Assembly (NCBI GenBank): GCA_964565725.1
Contig: CAZMGA010000004.1
Coordinates: 1-32,000 of the forward strand
Source: an uncultured archaeon
GTDB taxonomy: Archaea > Iainarchaeota > Iainarchaeia > Iainarchaeales > 0-14-0-20-30-16
DNA length: 32,000 bases
Reading direction: 5' to 3'
Shown: piece after piece, positions 16,271 to 25,495 of the stretch
How positions within the stretch are numbered: the first letter of the stretch is position 1
Layout: the number at the start of each line of letters is the position of its first letter
Translations under genes and position numbers: made by a program
The notes under the pieces: generated by a model
What the model was told of the DNA's origin: nothing
Seen by the model: only the letters and a program-made list of their open reading frames with translations
Databases searched by the model: none

Positions 16271-17016
16271 TAAAAATTTTTGATAATATTTATTGCATTG
16301 ATAAAGCATTGTTTTTTAAAAAACAAAAACTTTTAGTTATTTCTGATTTGCAAATAGGTCAAGAATCTTATTTGGCAAATTCTGGTATTTTTGTGCCCCA
16401 GTTTCAAACCAATGAAATGATAATTAATTTGAAAAGTTTAATAAAAAAAACTAATGCCCAAACAGTTTTAATAAATGGGGATTTTAAACATAATTTTTCT
16501 TCTGCATTAAATCAAGAATGGAGAGAAATATCTAGATTTATATTGGAAATAAAAGAGTTAGTTAAAAATATTGTAATTGTGAAAGGTAATCATGATAATT
16601 TTTTACAAAATATATTAAATCAACACAATATTAGATTAGTTAATTTTGCATTAATTGATGAATATTTGTTTTTACATGGCGATAAAAACTTAGATTTTGA
16701 TTTAAAAAAATACACTACTTTAATAATAGGTCATGAACAACCAGCAATAGTTTTGCGTCAAGGTTTTGAAAAGTTTAAAATTCCTTGTTTTTTGTATGGT
16801 AAAACTTTTGATGAAAAACAGTTTATATTATTACCTAGCTTTTCTCCTTTATCATCTGGTGTTGAAATAAATAATATTGAAAAAAAAGATTTATTAAGTC
16901 CTATCCTTAAAAACAATTTAGATTTAGATTCTTTGAAAGTTATAGCTATAGATAAAGATGCTGGAATTTTAAAATTTCCAGAAATTAAAAAGTTAAGAGA
17001 ATTATTGTTTTTTTAA
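16267..17016 (+). CDS. calcineurin-like metallophosphoesterase (Lhr-associated MPE, SbcD/Mre11-related)
   Basis: Phosphoesterase motifs ISDLQIG, NGDFKHN, GNHD, LHGD, GHEQP. ATGA 4-nt overlap with the lhr stop. Confidence 0.8.
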   Translation: MIKIFDNIYCIDKALFFKKQKLLVISDLQIGQESYLANSGIFVPQFQTNEMIINLKSLIKKTNAQTVLINGDFKHNFSSALNQEWREISRFILEIKELVKNIVIVKGNHDNFLQNILNQHNIRLVNFALIDEYLFLHGDKNLDFDLKKYTTLIIGHEQPAIVLRQGFEKFKIPCFLYGKTFDEKQFILLPSFSPLSSGVEINNIEKKDLLSPILKNNLDLDSLKVIAIDKDAGILKFPEIKKLRELLFF

Positions 17017-18090
17017 TTCCATCAAAATATTTATTGCATCTTTTATATCTTTAGTGCTTTGTTTATTTTGGGATACATTTAATTTATTTTTTAAAAATTT
17101 AATATGTTTGTTAATTTCTGTAATTGATAAATTAGGTATAGTAAAAATATATCCTGTTAATGCTCTTAGATATTCTGGTGTTGAATTATTTAATTCTGAA
17201 ACTAACCTCTCAAAAATTTTTCTTGCTGAATTTCTCTGATTGGCATTATCTAAGCAGTAAGCTTTTATTAATTCTCCTTTTACTTCTAATTTTTTATCTC
17301 CTATTTCTTTTGCAAGTTTTATAAATTCATCTATATTCTTAAATACCTTTGAATAGTTTTTATTTTTTCTTAATGCTTCAAAATAAACCCAAGAAACATT
17401 TAATTTTACTGGATAATCTAATGGTATAGATTCATATATTTCAATAATTGTAGAATACATTTCTTTGTCATAAAAATATCTTAATGATTTATATAGGGAA
17501 AAATTATCAAATTCATAATTTTTTATTTTTTTAATAATTTCTTCAATTGCTAATTTAGGTTTGAATTTTATCAAAAACAAAATTTTTTTTAATTCTAATA
17601 ATTCCATTTCCCTTTTATTTAAGTTTTTAGTTTTGGCCATATTATAAGTAATGGAAAAAGAAGTAGTATCATTAATTTCTAAGAAAAAATCTAACAATTC
17701 AAAAATTAAATTTAAATTTGGTTTTATGTGGCTATATTTTTTTAGAATAATTTTTATTTCATCATATTTTTTTAAATTTTTTAGTATGCCTATATAGTTT
17801 CCCAAAATATTGTTCATATCTATATTTTTACTTTCTGCCAAATAAAAAATTCTTTTTGCCACATCATAATTTCTTAAATATTTTGCACATTCTATAGCTA
17901 AATAAAAAACTCTTTCGTTGGTATTTCCTAATTCTATTAAACTTTTTAAACCTCTTAAAGCAGAATGATAATCTTTTTTTTGTATTTGGTTATTAATTTT
18001 ATCTATTTTTTTTGCTTGTTTTTGTGTAGATCTAGTAATGGTTGGAAGTTCTTTAATTTTTCTACGTATAGGTTCTAAATTTTTAGGCAT
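17002..18090 (-). CDS. hypothetical alpha-helical repeat (TPR-like) protein
   Basis: 362-aa ORF with recurring helix-pair units of about 34-40 aa with Y/A/L/K patterns (e.g. YHSALRGLKSLIELG, FYLAIECAKYLRNYDVAKRIFYLA). No specific family recognised. Its 3' end overlaps the convergent MPE gene by 15 nt. Confidence 0.45.
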   Translation of the reverse strand: MPKNLEPIRRKIKELPTITRSTQKQAKKIDKINNQIQKKDYHSALRGLKSLIELGNTNERVFYLAIECAKYLRNYDVAKRIFYLAESKNIDMNNILGNYIGILKNLKKYDEIKIILKKYSHIKPNLNLIFELLDFFLEINDTTSFSITYNMAKTKNLNKREMELLELKKILFLIKFKPKLAIEEIIKKIKNYEFDNFSLYKSLRYFYDKEMYSTIIEIYESIPLDYPVKLNVSWVYFEALRKNKNYSKVFKNIDEFIKLAKEIGDKKLEVKGELIKAYCLDNANQRNSARKIFERLVSELNNSTPEYLRALTGYIFTIPNLSITEINKHIKFLKNKLNVSQNKQSTKDIKDAINILMELKKQ

Positions 18091-18097
18091 AATATCC

Positions 18098-18289
18098 CTA
18101 ATAGTCTTTTTTCAAATTTTTTCCTTTTAATCCTTTAGTATCATCTGGATTAATATCAAAATCTACTCGATCTCCAACAGAAACATTTTCTCTTAATGAA
18201 TTAGTAGAAACAAAATATTCTAAGCCATCATCACCAGAAACAACAATAAATTTTTTAGGTAAATTCTTGATTTTAATTATTCCTTTCAT
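18098..18289 (-). CDS. small OB-fold protein, cold-shock-domain-like (degenerate RNP motifs)
   Basis: MKGIIKIKNLPKKFIVVSGDDGLEYFVSTNSL...VGDRVDFDI parallels the CspA layout (MKGxVKWFN..KGFGFI..DG.DVFVHFSAI...G..V.F.I), but RNP1/RNP2 aromatics are partly lost. The ORF-track start at 18298 is a TTG; I prefer the ATG at 18289. Confidence 0.4.
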   Translation of the reverse strand: MKGIIKIKNLPKKFIVVSGDDGLEYFVSTNSLRENVSVGDRVDFDINPDDTKGLKGKNLKKDY

Positions 18290-18308
18290 AAACTTCAACT
18301 CATATATT

Positions 18309-18334
18309 ATAATATATCTATAAATATATAAATT
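18309..18334 (-). promoter_or_regulatory. 26-nt promoter-like motif (minus-strand reading AATTTATATATTTATAGATATATTAT) containing a consensus TATA box TTTATATA
   Basis: 25/26 identical to 28949..28974. Both copies sit just upstream of minus-strand gene starts. Confidence 0.4.
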
Positions 18335-18345
18335 TAATTAAAAAA

Positions 18346-20142
18346 TTACATTTTTCCTATAAATTCAGAAAATTTATTATTATCAAATTTTCTTAAATTA
18401 TAATCAATTGGTAGTAATTGATTATATTTAGACCAGCCAAACCTTTTATCTAAAAGTAAAATAAATGCTTTATCTGTTTCAGATCTTATACCTCTTCCAC
18501 AAGCTTGAACTATTTTGGATATTGTAGGATATAAATAAGCATAATTCCAACCTTGAACTGTTTTTTTATCATAAAATTCAATTAATGCATTCATTTCGTA
18601 ATCAGGTTCTGGAAAAGGAAAACCTACCATTATTATTCCAATTAAATCATCACCAGGATAATCTACACCTTCTGAAAACGATCCACCTACTACTGCAAAT
18701 AATACTGAACCAAAACCAACTTTATTTTTTTTGAAATTTGCAATTAATCTTTTAGTTTGTGTAACATTTTGATTTTTTTCTTGAACATATATTTTTTTAA
18801 TTATTTTTTGAGAAATTCTTAAATATACGCTTTGTAATATATCATAACTTGGAAAAAATACAGCTATATTTCCAGATACTTTGTTTGTAATATTAATTAT
18901 AATATCTATAATTTTTGGTATACTTTCTTTTCGTTCTTCATATTTTGTTGTTACATTATCAAAATACATAACTAATTTATTTTCATTAGGAAACGGACTT
19001 TTAAATTGTTTGAAATAAGGTCTTTTTATACCTAATAATTCAGAATACATATTAAGAGGGCTAAATGTTCCAGACATTAAAATACAACCAAAACATTCTT
19101 CAAAAATAACATCAGATAAATATGATGGATCTAAACCTTTGATATGAATTGTATCTTCTGTTTTATATCTCGTTTTTACTTTTGAATCATGCATCCATGC
19201 TAAAATAAAATTAAAAATTTTGTTTAGATTCGATTTTTTTTTATCTAATTCTAAAATATAATCGCAAGCAGTTGCCAAAGATTCTAATATTTCTGAATTT
19301 TCAAATAATGTGCCAAAAGAATTTGTATCTAAAAAACCATTTTTTAAATTATTAAAACAATATTCAAAATCTTCTAAAAATTCAGTAATATCATAAATTT
19401 TTTCTTTTGGTACTTTTTCCCAATCTTTTTTTGCATTTATTATTTGTTTTAAAGATAAGTTATCAGACAAAATATTTCTTAAACGTGATGGTAAATTGTG
19501 GGCTTCATCAAAAATAAAAATTACATCTTCCAAACCAATATTTATTTTGTTAAATATATTGTTTCTAATTTTATTTATGAATATATGATTTACATCACAA
19601 ATTATAATATTTGCGCTTTTTGCTACCTTTAAACCCATTTCATAAGGACAAAGTTGTTTACTATTACATAACTCTCTAAACTCTTCCGCACTTTCTATTT
19701 TATATTCATTTATAAAATCGTTAACTACGTTTGTTTTAAAAGGTCCATGTCCATTTGCATTTAAATAGGGATAACAACTTTGATTTTTTATTTTTTTTTC
19801 ACATAATTCATAAAATTCTGGCCCCAAATTATACAAAAAAGGATCTATACATAAATTGCTTTTTGATATTAAATCTAAGGCAATAAATTTTTTATCAAAT
19901 TTTTTATTTATTTCTTTAATAGTATCTATTACTATTTTATGTTGCGAATTTTTAGGAGTTACAAAAAATATTTTTTTATTATTTTTTTCTGCATATTCTA
20001 AAGCAACAGCTAAAGAAGCATCAGTTTTTCCTAAACCCGTTGGTGCTTCAAATAATCCTATTAAATTATTATTTAAAACATAATCTATTTCTTTAATTAA
20101 TACGTCCTGTCCAAGCCTAATTTTATTGTGTCTAAAATACAT
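18346..20142 (-). CDS. xpd: XPD/Rad3-family 5'-3' DNA helicase (DinG-like, Fe-S domain)
   Basis: Motif I APTGLGKT and DEAH box FDEAHNL. A Cys cluster lies between motifs Ia and II (NLCIDP, ELCEKK, QSCYPY, LCNSKQLCPYE), consistent with a 4Fe-4S domain. C-terminal motifs GSFSEGVDYPG and QACGRGIRS. Confidence 0.9.
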   Translation of the reverse strand: MYFRHNKIRLGQDVLIKEIDYVLNNNLIGLFEAPTGLGKTDASLAVALEYAEKNNKKIFFVTPKNSQHKIVIDTIKEINKKFDKKFIALDLISKSNLCIDPFLYNLGPEFYELCEKKIKNQSCYPYLNANGHGPFKTNVVNDFINEYKIESAEEFRELCNSKQLCPYEMGLKVAKSANIIICDVNHIFINKIRNNIFNKINIGLEDVIFIFDEAHNLPSRLRNILSDNLSLKQIINAKKDWEKVPKEKIYDITEFLEDFEYCFNNLKNGFLDTNSFGTLFENSEILESLATACDYILELDKKKSNLNKIFNFILAWMHDSKVKTRYKTEDTIHIKGLDPSYLSDVIFEECFGCILMSGTFSPLNMYSELLGIKRPYFKQFKSPFPNENKLVMYFDNVTTKYEERKESIPKIIDIIINITNKVSGNIAVFFPSYDILQSVYLRISQKIIKKIYVQEKNQNVTQTKRLIANFKKNKVGFGSVLFAVVGGSFSEGVDYPGDDLIGIIMVGFPFPEPDYEMNALIEFYDKKTVQGWNYAYLYPTISKIVQACGRGIRSETDKAFILLLDKRFGWSKYNQLLPIDYNLRKFDNNKFSEFIGKM

Positions 20143-20148
20143 ATAAAT

Positions 20149-21006
20149 CTAACCTATTATTAAATATGTTTCAATTAATGCACCTATAAAAATACAAGCT
20201 ATAGATGCAAAAAGAATTATTGTTAAATCTATTAAAATCTTTTTTAAGTTAGATCTTATATTTATATAATGTCCATGAAGGATTGCAGAAATAATGCCTC
20301 CAGATATTGCCGCCAAAAAATATGCAAAGAATTCAAAAATTCCATGTGGTAGTAAGCCAAGACCTAAAAAAGAACCATGTAAAAAGGCAATTAATTTTCC
20401 CGAACTAAAATTTGCATAAATAGGTATTAGAGATATTATTTCAGCTCCTACTATAGTTCCAAAAACACTAGCTTGATATATAATAATGAATAACGCCCCA
20501 ACACCAAATAAAAAAGAAAATAAGAGAATTGCTAAAATAACCCCCAAATTATTTAGAAAAATATATCCAAATAAACCTTGAGGGTTTGATAAATATAAAT
20601 TTCCACTTATGTTTATTGTATCTTTAATATTATCTACAGTATTTAAAGTATTCAATTGTTCTGTAAATATTATTTCTTTGTAAGATACAGGTAAAAATAC
20701 AAATAATAAAGTAAATATTACTGAAACAGTAATAAATATTTTCAAATAAATTTTAATTAAAAAACCATATTTTGCAAAAAATTTTTTTTCTTTTGACAAA
20801 ACTATTTTTTCTCTTGTAAAATATACTCTATTTAAAAAATACATAAAGGCAATAGTAGTAAATGCTATTGATAAAATACTTGTATTTTGTTTAAAAAAAA
20901 TTAAAGATATGCCTATAGAAAATAAACAAATTATAGCTGTATATATAAAAAGAAGAAATTTATTTTTTAATAATGAATCAGTAGGAAATATACTTTCTAA
21001 AACCAT
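20149..21006 (-). CDS. polytopic membrane protein, SpoIIM/DUF95-like
   Basis: 285 aa with 6 or more TM segments. The C-terminal motif LLPHGIFEFFAYFLAAISGG resembles the HGxxE signature of the SpoIIM family. Confidence 0.5.
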   Translation of the reverse strand: MVLESIFPTDSLLKNKFLLFIYTAIICLFSIGISLIFFKQNTSILSIAFTTIAFMYFLNRVYFTREKIVLSKEKKFFAKYGFLIKIYLKIFITVSVIFTLLFVFLPVSYKEIIFTEQLNTLNTVDNIKDTINISGNLYLSNPQGLFGYIFLNNLGVILAILLFSFLFGVGALFIIIYQASVFGTIVGAEIISLIPIYANFSSGKLIAFLHGSFLGLGLLPHGIFEFFAYFLAAISGGIISAILHGHYINIRSNLKKILIDLTIILFASIACIFIGALIETYLIIG

Positions 21007-21073
21007 AAATAAATAAATACAGAATAAATATAAATGCTATTATTATATATAATATAAGTTAGTAGGTGATGTT

Positions 21074-21574
21074 ATGGATAGAACTCATTTAGAAAAAACA
21101 TTAGTTTTATTAAAACCCGATGCTTTGCAAAGAGGTATTTGTGGAGAAATAATTCATAGATTTGAAAGAGTGGGCCTAGATATAGTTGCTATGAAAATGA
21201 TTTGGATAGATAAAGATTTTGCAGCAAAACATTATTTTGATGTTAAAAAAAGACATGGTGAAAAAGTGTTAAATAATTTAACAGCGTATTTAATAGATGG
21301 TCCTGTTATAGCAATGGTTTTAGAAGGTGTAGAATCAATAGCTATAGTGAGAAAAATGGTTGGTGCAACTTATCCTTTTGATGCTATTCCAGGAACTATT
21401 AGAGGAGATTTTTCACATATTTCTAAAGATTATGCTAACAAATATGAAAAAACAGTATCAAATTTAATTCATGCATCATCTAAAAAAGAAGATGCAGAAT
21501 ACGAAATAAATTTATGGTTTGATAAAAGCGAAATTCATTCTTTTGATAGATTAAGTGATAGATATATTATTTAG
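21074..21574 (+). CDS. ndk: nucleoside diphosphate kinase
   Basis: EKTLVLLKPDALQRGICGEIIHRFERVGLDIVAMKM, GTIRGDF, and the catalytic-His motif NLIHAS. AGGTGA SD at 21064..21069. Confidence 0.9.
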   Translation: MDRTHLEKTLVLLKPDALQRGICGEIIHRFERVGLDIVAMKMIWIDKDFAAKHYFDVKKRHGEKVLNNLTAYLIDGPVIAMVLEGVESIAIVRKMVGATYPFDAIPGTIRGDFSHISKDYANKYEKTVSNLIHASSKKEDAEYEINLWFDKSEIHSFDRLSDRYII

Positions 21575-21581
21575 GTGTTAG

Positions 21582-22913
21582 ATGTTAGAATATATAGATA
21601 CTCTTGAATCAAAATTAAAAAATGCGGATTACTATAGAATAAATATTATTGAAAAAGAAATCCAATCTTCTGAAATTAAAGAAGGGGTTATTGATCAAAT
21701 TATAGATTCTCAAAATAAAGGTTTAAGTATATTTTATACTTTTGGGAAATCTAGTTATTTTTACTCTACAAATAATTTAGAAAATGTAAAAAATTTTAAT
21801 GTAAATAAAGATATTAAAAAAATTAAAAATTTAGATTATGTTCCTAAAGAGTCTGGAATAACAGATAGTAAAAAAATAGGAACTAAATCTAAAAATAATT
21901 TTGAAGATGTAGTAAAAGAATTAAAAGATGTTTCTAAATTAAGTCCAAATATAAAATCTCATAATATATCTTATAACACAATCAATGAAAAAAGATACAC
22001 TATTTGTGAAAATACAAATATAAAACAAGAATTTAATTATGGTATTTTATATAATCATATCACTGCAAAATCAGGAAATAAAGTAAAAAGTATAACTGAT
22101 AGGATTTGTAAATCAACTAATTTAGATAATTTTTATAAAACCATTTTAGAAAATAATGAAGAAAAAGAAAAGTTAGTAATAAAAAGTTTAAAATATAAAG
22201 AAGGTATAAAAGGGGAATTTAAAACAATTTTATATGGCGATATTACTGATTTATTATGTCATGAAGCAATAGGTCATTCTTTAGAATCAGATCTCACATA
22301 TTACAAAGAATCAATATTATGGAATAAATTAAAAGAAAAAATAGGTCCTGAAAATATAACTTTATATGATGACCCTAGTCCTAATACAAATTATTTTGGA
22401 GTTTTTTATTATGATGATGAGGGCTTTCCTGCAAAGAAAAAAGCGTTAATTAAAAATGGATATGTAAATGATTTTATTTTGACAGATAAACATTCTCAAT
22501 TATATGATTTAAAAAATAATGGTGGTGCAAGATGCGAATCATATTTGCATAAACCAATTCCTAGAATGTCTAATACTTATTTGAAACAAGGCGATCTAAC
22601 TTACGAAGAATTAATACAAGAAATGAAGAATGGGGTAATTTTAAGGCAAGGTAGTGGGGGACAAACAAATCCTATGACTGGAACATATCAGTTTGGTATT
22701 GGCTTTATTGATGTTGTAAAAAATTCAGAAATAGTTGAAACTAGAAATAATGTTTCTTTTAGTGGGAATATTTTTGATGCATTAAATCAAATTGAATTAA
22801 TTTCTAAAAGTTATGGGGAATATTTTCCTGGATTTTGTGGTAAAAACGGACAAAAAGTCTTTGTAGGTGGTGGAAGCCCACATGTATTGTTAAAAAAGGT
22901 GCGATTTAAATGA
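21582..22913 (+). CDS. tldD: TldD-family metalloprotease
   Basis: HExxxH-type motif LLCHEAIGHSLESD and C-terminal Gly-rich TldD/PmbA fold motifs (GSGGQTNPMTGTYQFG, FVGGGSPHVLL). AGGTG SD at 21573..21577. Confidence 0.85.
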   Translation: MLEYIDTLESKLKNADYYRINIIEKEIQSSEIKEGVIDQIIDSQNKGLSIFYTFGKSSYFYSTNNLENVKNFNVNKDIKKIKNLDYVPKESGITDSKKIGTKSKNNFEDVVKELKDVSKLSPNIKSHNISYNTINEKRYTICENTNIKQEFNYGILYNHITAKSGNKVKSITDRICKSTNLDNFYKTILENNEEKEKLVIKSLKYKEGIKGEFKTILYGDITDLLCHEAIGHSLESDLTYYKESILWNKLKEKIGPENITLYDDPSPNTNYFGVFYYDDEGFPAKKKALIKNGYVNDFILTDKHSQLYDLKNNGGARCESYLHKPIPRMSNTYLKQGDLTYEELIQEMKNGVILRQGSGGQTNPMTGTYQFGIGFIDVVKNSEIVETRNNVSFSGNIFDALNQIELISKSYGEYFPGFCGKNGQKVFVGGGSPHVLLKKVRFK

Positions 22914-24118
22914 ATTTTAGATATATACTTTTCGATAATAAACAAATTGAAATAAATTCTATAAATTATAAAATCGTATCTATAGATGAAGTAAATAATA
23001 CAAAAATAAATTTGGATGTAATTCATAATAACAAAAGATATTTTAAAAAAATAGATTTTGATGATTTTAAAAATAAAGATAAAATAATAAAAAATATGAT
23101 TAAATTTGGCAAATATAAAGAATTAAAATTTTATGGCAATTTTCCAAAATATAAATTTGATGATTTAAAACTTGTCAACGAATTAAAGAATTTAAATTTA
23201 AATAATCTTTTAAAATATGTTGATGAATTAAATAAGGAAATAAAAACATTAAATGATTTAATAAGTTTTAAAGTTTACTTAAATAAAGAATCAATGTTTA
23301 CAGAATATAATTCAAAAGATGTAGAATATAATTTTGAAAAATCTTTAGTAAGTATTATGTGTGATTGCCAATTTAAAGATTTGGAGAATATAAATATTTG
23401 TACTTATGATATATTTTCACAAAAAAAAGGAATTAATATAAAAAATATAATCAGGGATATTAAAAAGAAATATAATTTAAAAAGAAATCAAGTGGAATGT
23501 AATACTAATATAAATAATTATAATTTAATGTTTGATCCAGAAGTTTTTGCAGATCTTATAGAGTATTATATAATTAACAATTCAGATTTAGAGAATTATA
23601 TTAAAAAAGATACTTTTTTACAAAATAGTGTTTTTGATTTTAAATTGAATATTTTAGAAAAACCGTTTATAAAAAATAGTGTTTTTTCTTTAGCTTTAGA
23701 TTATGATTTTGTTCCTACAAAAGAAAAATATATTATTCAAGATGGGAAGTTAGTAAATTATATTTGTGATTTGAATACAGCATTTAAATATAATAAAGAG
23801 CCATCAGGAAATTTTTTACCTAATTCTATTACAAATATTATTGTAAATAAAGGAGATAAAAGTTTTAATCAATTAATAAAAAATTCTACAATATTAATAA
23901 CTGATATAATAGGATTACATACTAGTAATAGAAAAGAAGGTACATTAAATGTATCCTGTGAAGGAGTTTTATTTGTAAATGGTAAAAAATCTAAATCCTT
24001 TAAGGATATAAAATTAAATGTGAATATTGTAGACTTATTTAAAGATATAGAATTATCTAAAGAAACAAAACAAATTAATAACTATAATTTGCCATATGTT
24101 TATTGTAAGAGGAAATAA
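22910..24118 (+). CDS. pmbA: PmbA/TldE-family protein (TldD partner)
   Basis: ATGA overlap with tldD. The C-terminal motifs IIGLHTSNRKEGTLNVSCEGVLFVNGK are typical of PmbA/TldE, and there is no HExxxH. The N-terminal half is highly diverged. Confidence 0.7.
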   Translation: MNFRYILFDNKQIEINSINYKIVSIDEVNNTKINLDVIHNNKRYFKKIDFDDFKNKDKIIKNMIKFGKYKELKFYGNFPKYKFDDLKLVNELKNLNLNNLLKYVDELNKEIKTLNDLISFKVYLNKESMFTEYNSKDVEYNFEKSLVSIMCDCQFKDLENINICTYDIFSQKKGINIKNIIRDIKKKYNLKRNQVECNTNINNYNLMFDPEVFADLIEYYIINNSDLENYIKKDTFLQNSVFDFKLNILEKPFIKNSVFSLALDYDFVPTKEKYIIQDGKLVNYICDLNTAFKYNKEPSGNFLPNSITNIIVNKGDKSFNQLIKNSTILITDIIGLHTSNRKEGTLNVSCEGVLFVNGKKSKSFKDIKLNVNIVDLFKDIELSKETKQINNYNLPYVYCKRK

Positions 24119-24119
24119 T

Positions 24120-24563
24120 ATGCTACCTATAGAACACATTTTTTTAGGATTTATTCCTACATTTTTTTTTATTTCTGAATATAATATTTATTTCGCAATT
24201 TTGTTTTATTTTTCAACAATATTTATAGATTTTGATCATTATATTTATGCTTTGCTAATTACAAAATTTAAAACAATAGATATTTTTAAAGCCTATGATT
24301 TTTTTATTGAATTTAAAACCAAATCTACAATTATTAATCCTTTATTTATTTTTCATACTATTGAATTTATGAGTGTATTTTTAGTATTGGGTTTATATTT
24401 CCATAATATGTATTTTATAGCTGTATTTTATGGTTTGATATTTCATTTATTTTTGGATTTTTTAGATGTTATTATATCAAAAATAAAGAAACAAAATATT
24501 CATTATAAGAAGATATCTATAATTTATTACTTAATTAAATATAAACTTTTAAAAAACAAATAA
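24120..24563 (+). CDS. membrane-bound metal-dependent hydrolase-like protein (DUF457/YdjM-like)
   Basis: MLPIEHIFLGF start, DFDHYIY and FHLFLDFLD motifs in a 4-TM protein. The ORF-track start (24096) overlaps pmbA by 23 nt; the internal ATG at 24120 lies 2 nt after the pmbA stop. Confidence 0.45.
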   Translation: MLPIEHIFLGFIPTFFFISEYNIYFAILFYFSTIFIDFDHYIYALLITKFKTIDIFKAYDFFIEFKTKSTIINPLFIFHTIEFMSVFLVLGLYFHNMYFIAVFYGLIFHLFLDFLDVIISKIKKQNIHYKKISIIYYLIKYKLLKNK

Positions 24564-24569
24564 AAAAAA

Positions 24570-24589
24570 AGAAAATAAGTTTATTTTCT
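24570..24589. terminator. AT-only inverted repeat between convergent genes (weak hairpin/terminator candidate)
   Basis: agaaaataa-gt-ttattttct has 9-nt perfect arms. It is flanked by an A9 run on one side and T-rich sequence on the other, and partly overlaps the stop of the minus-strand gene. Confidence 0.25.
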
Positions 24590-24985
24590 TCTTTCTTCTT
24601 TTTGGTTTATAATTGTATTCCAATTATTTCCTATATTATATACAAATAATGCAAATAACATTATAATGATATAAAATAAAACCCACATGAATGGTTTAAA
24701 TGCCACAACTATGTTTAAATAAGGATCACTGTTATAATTGTAAGGATATAAGGATTGCCCTGTAGAATCATAAAAGTAAGTTGCACAAATTTTTGATTCG
24801 TCAAAATTAGTTGCTTTTTCATAACACTTATCTATGTTTAATAATACATCCCATTGATGGAATAAATTTGCAAAACTTATTATAAATCCAAATAAGCCTA
24901 GAAAAAAAATGAATGTGCTTATTAAATTTAGTACATTAAATTTATGTTTACCATTGTTAATATAAACTATTTTATGTAAAGCCAT
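24581..24985 (-). CDS. hypothetical membrane protein
   Basis: 134 aa with TM segments VLNLISTFIFFLGLFGFIISF and FMWVLFYIIIMLFALFVY. No family recognised. Confidence 0.4.
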   Translation of the reverse strand: MALHKIVYINNGKHKFNVLNLISTFIFFLGLFGFIISFANLFHQWDVLLNIDKCYEKATNFDESKICATYFYDSTGQSLYPYNYNSDPYLNIVVAFKPFMWVLFYIIIMLFALFVYNIGNNWNTIINQKEERRK

Positions 24986-25072
24986 AATCTCACCAATAAG
25001 ATAAATTACTTATAATATATAAATGTTTTTATTGTTAAATAATAATATGAGGGCTAGAAAAGTTGAAAAATA

Positions 25073-25492
25073 ATGAGTATAATTAAAAAAAAGAAAACTG
25101 CCCAATTGTTTGTAGATGAAGCTGTAGCTAGAATTAGAAAAAAGCCAAAGGATTTATTTGAAAGTTTAGAATTAAAATCAGAAACTCCTTTAGGGGATTT
25201 TGGGTTTTATTTGCCAAATGGTAAGAGAATAATGAATTTTAAAATAGATATTAGAAATTCTATTTTGTTTATATCTGAATTTAAAATTGAAAATTGGGTT
25301 GGGGAATCTTCTTTTAGTAAAATTGGTTTGGGAAGTTATATGATGAACTATATAATTAATTTAGCCAAGGCCAAAAATTTGAAAAAAATAAGTTTAGATA
25401 GTGTTCTTTCTGCAGTTGATTTTTATAAAAAATTTGGATTCAAAATTGTTAAGTTAAATGATAAGTTAGTTAAAATGGAATTAAGTTTATAG
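25073..25492 (+). CDS. GNAT-family N-acetyltransferase
   Basis: Motif A-like IGLGSYMMNYIINLAKAKNLKKISLDSVLSAVDFYKKFGFKIV (acetyl-CoA binding beta-alpha-beta plus the C-terminal YxKxGF). Confidence 0.65.
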   Translation: MSIIKKKKTAQLFVDEAVARIRKKPKDLFESLELKSETPLGDFGFYLPNGKRIMNFKIDIRNSILFISEFKIENWVGESSFSKIGLGSYMMNYIINLAKAKNLKKISLDSVLSAVDFYKKFGFKIVKLNDKLVKMELSL

Positions 25493-25495
25493 ATT

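Noticed and set aside
24581-24700. The C-terminus of ORF 24581..24985 (KPF + FMWVLFYIIIMLFALFVY + ...KEERRK) as a possible archaeosortase sorting signal
   Set aside because: The protein is itself a multi-TM membrane protein with no secreted domain. The basic cluster lies 13 residues beyond the helix, and the KPF motif is a single unsupported instance.
25047-25073. 8-codon upstream ORF (MRARKVEK) ending TAATG on the GNAT start codon, as a possible leader peptide
   Set aside because: It is too short and unconserved to evaluate from one sequence. ATG triplets are frequent by chance, and no attenuator-like structure follows.
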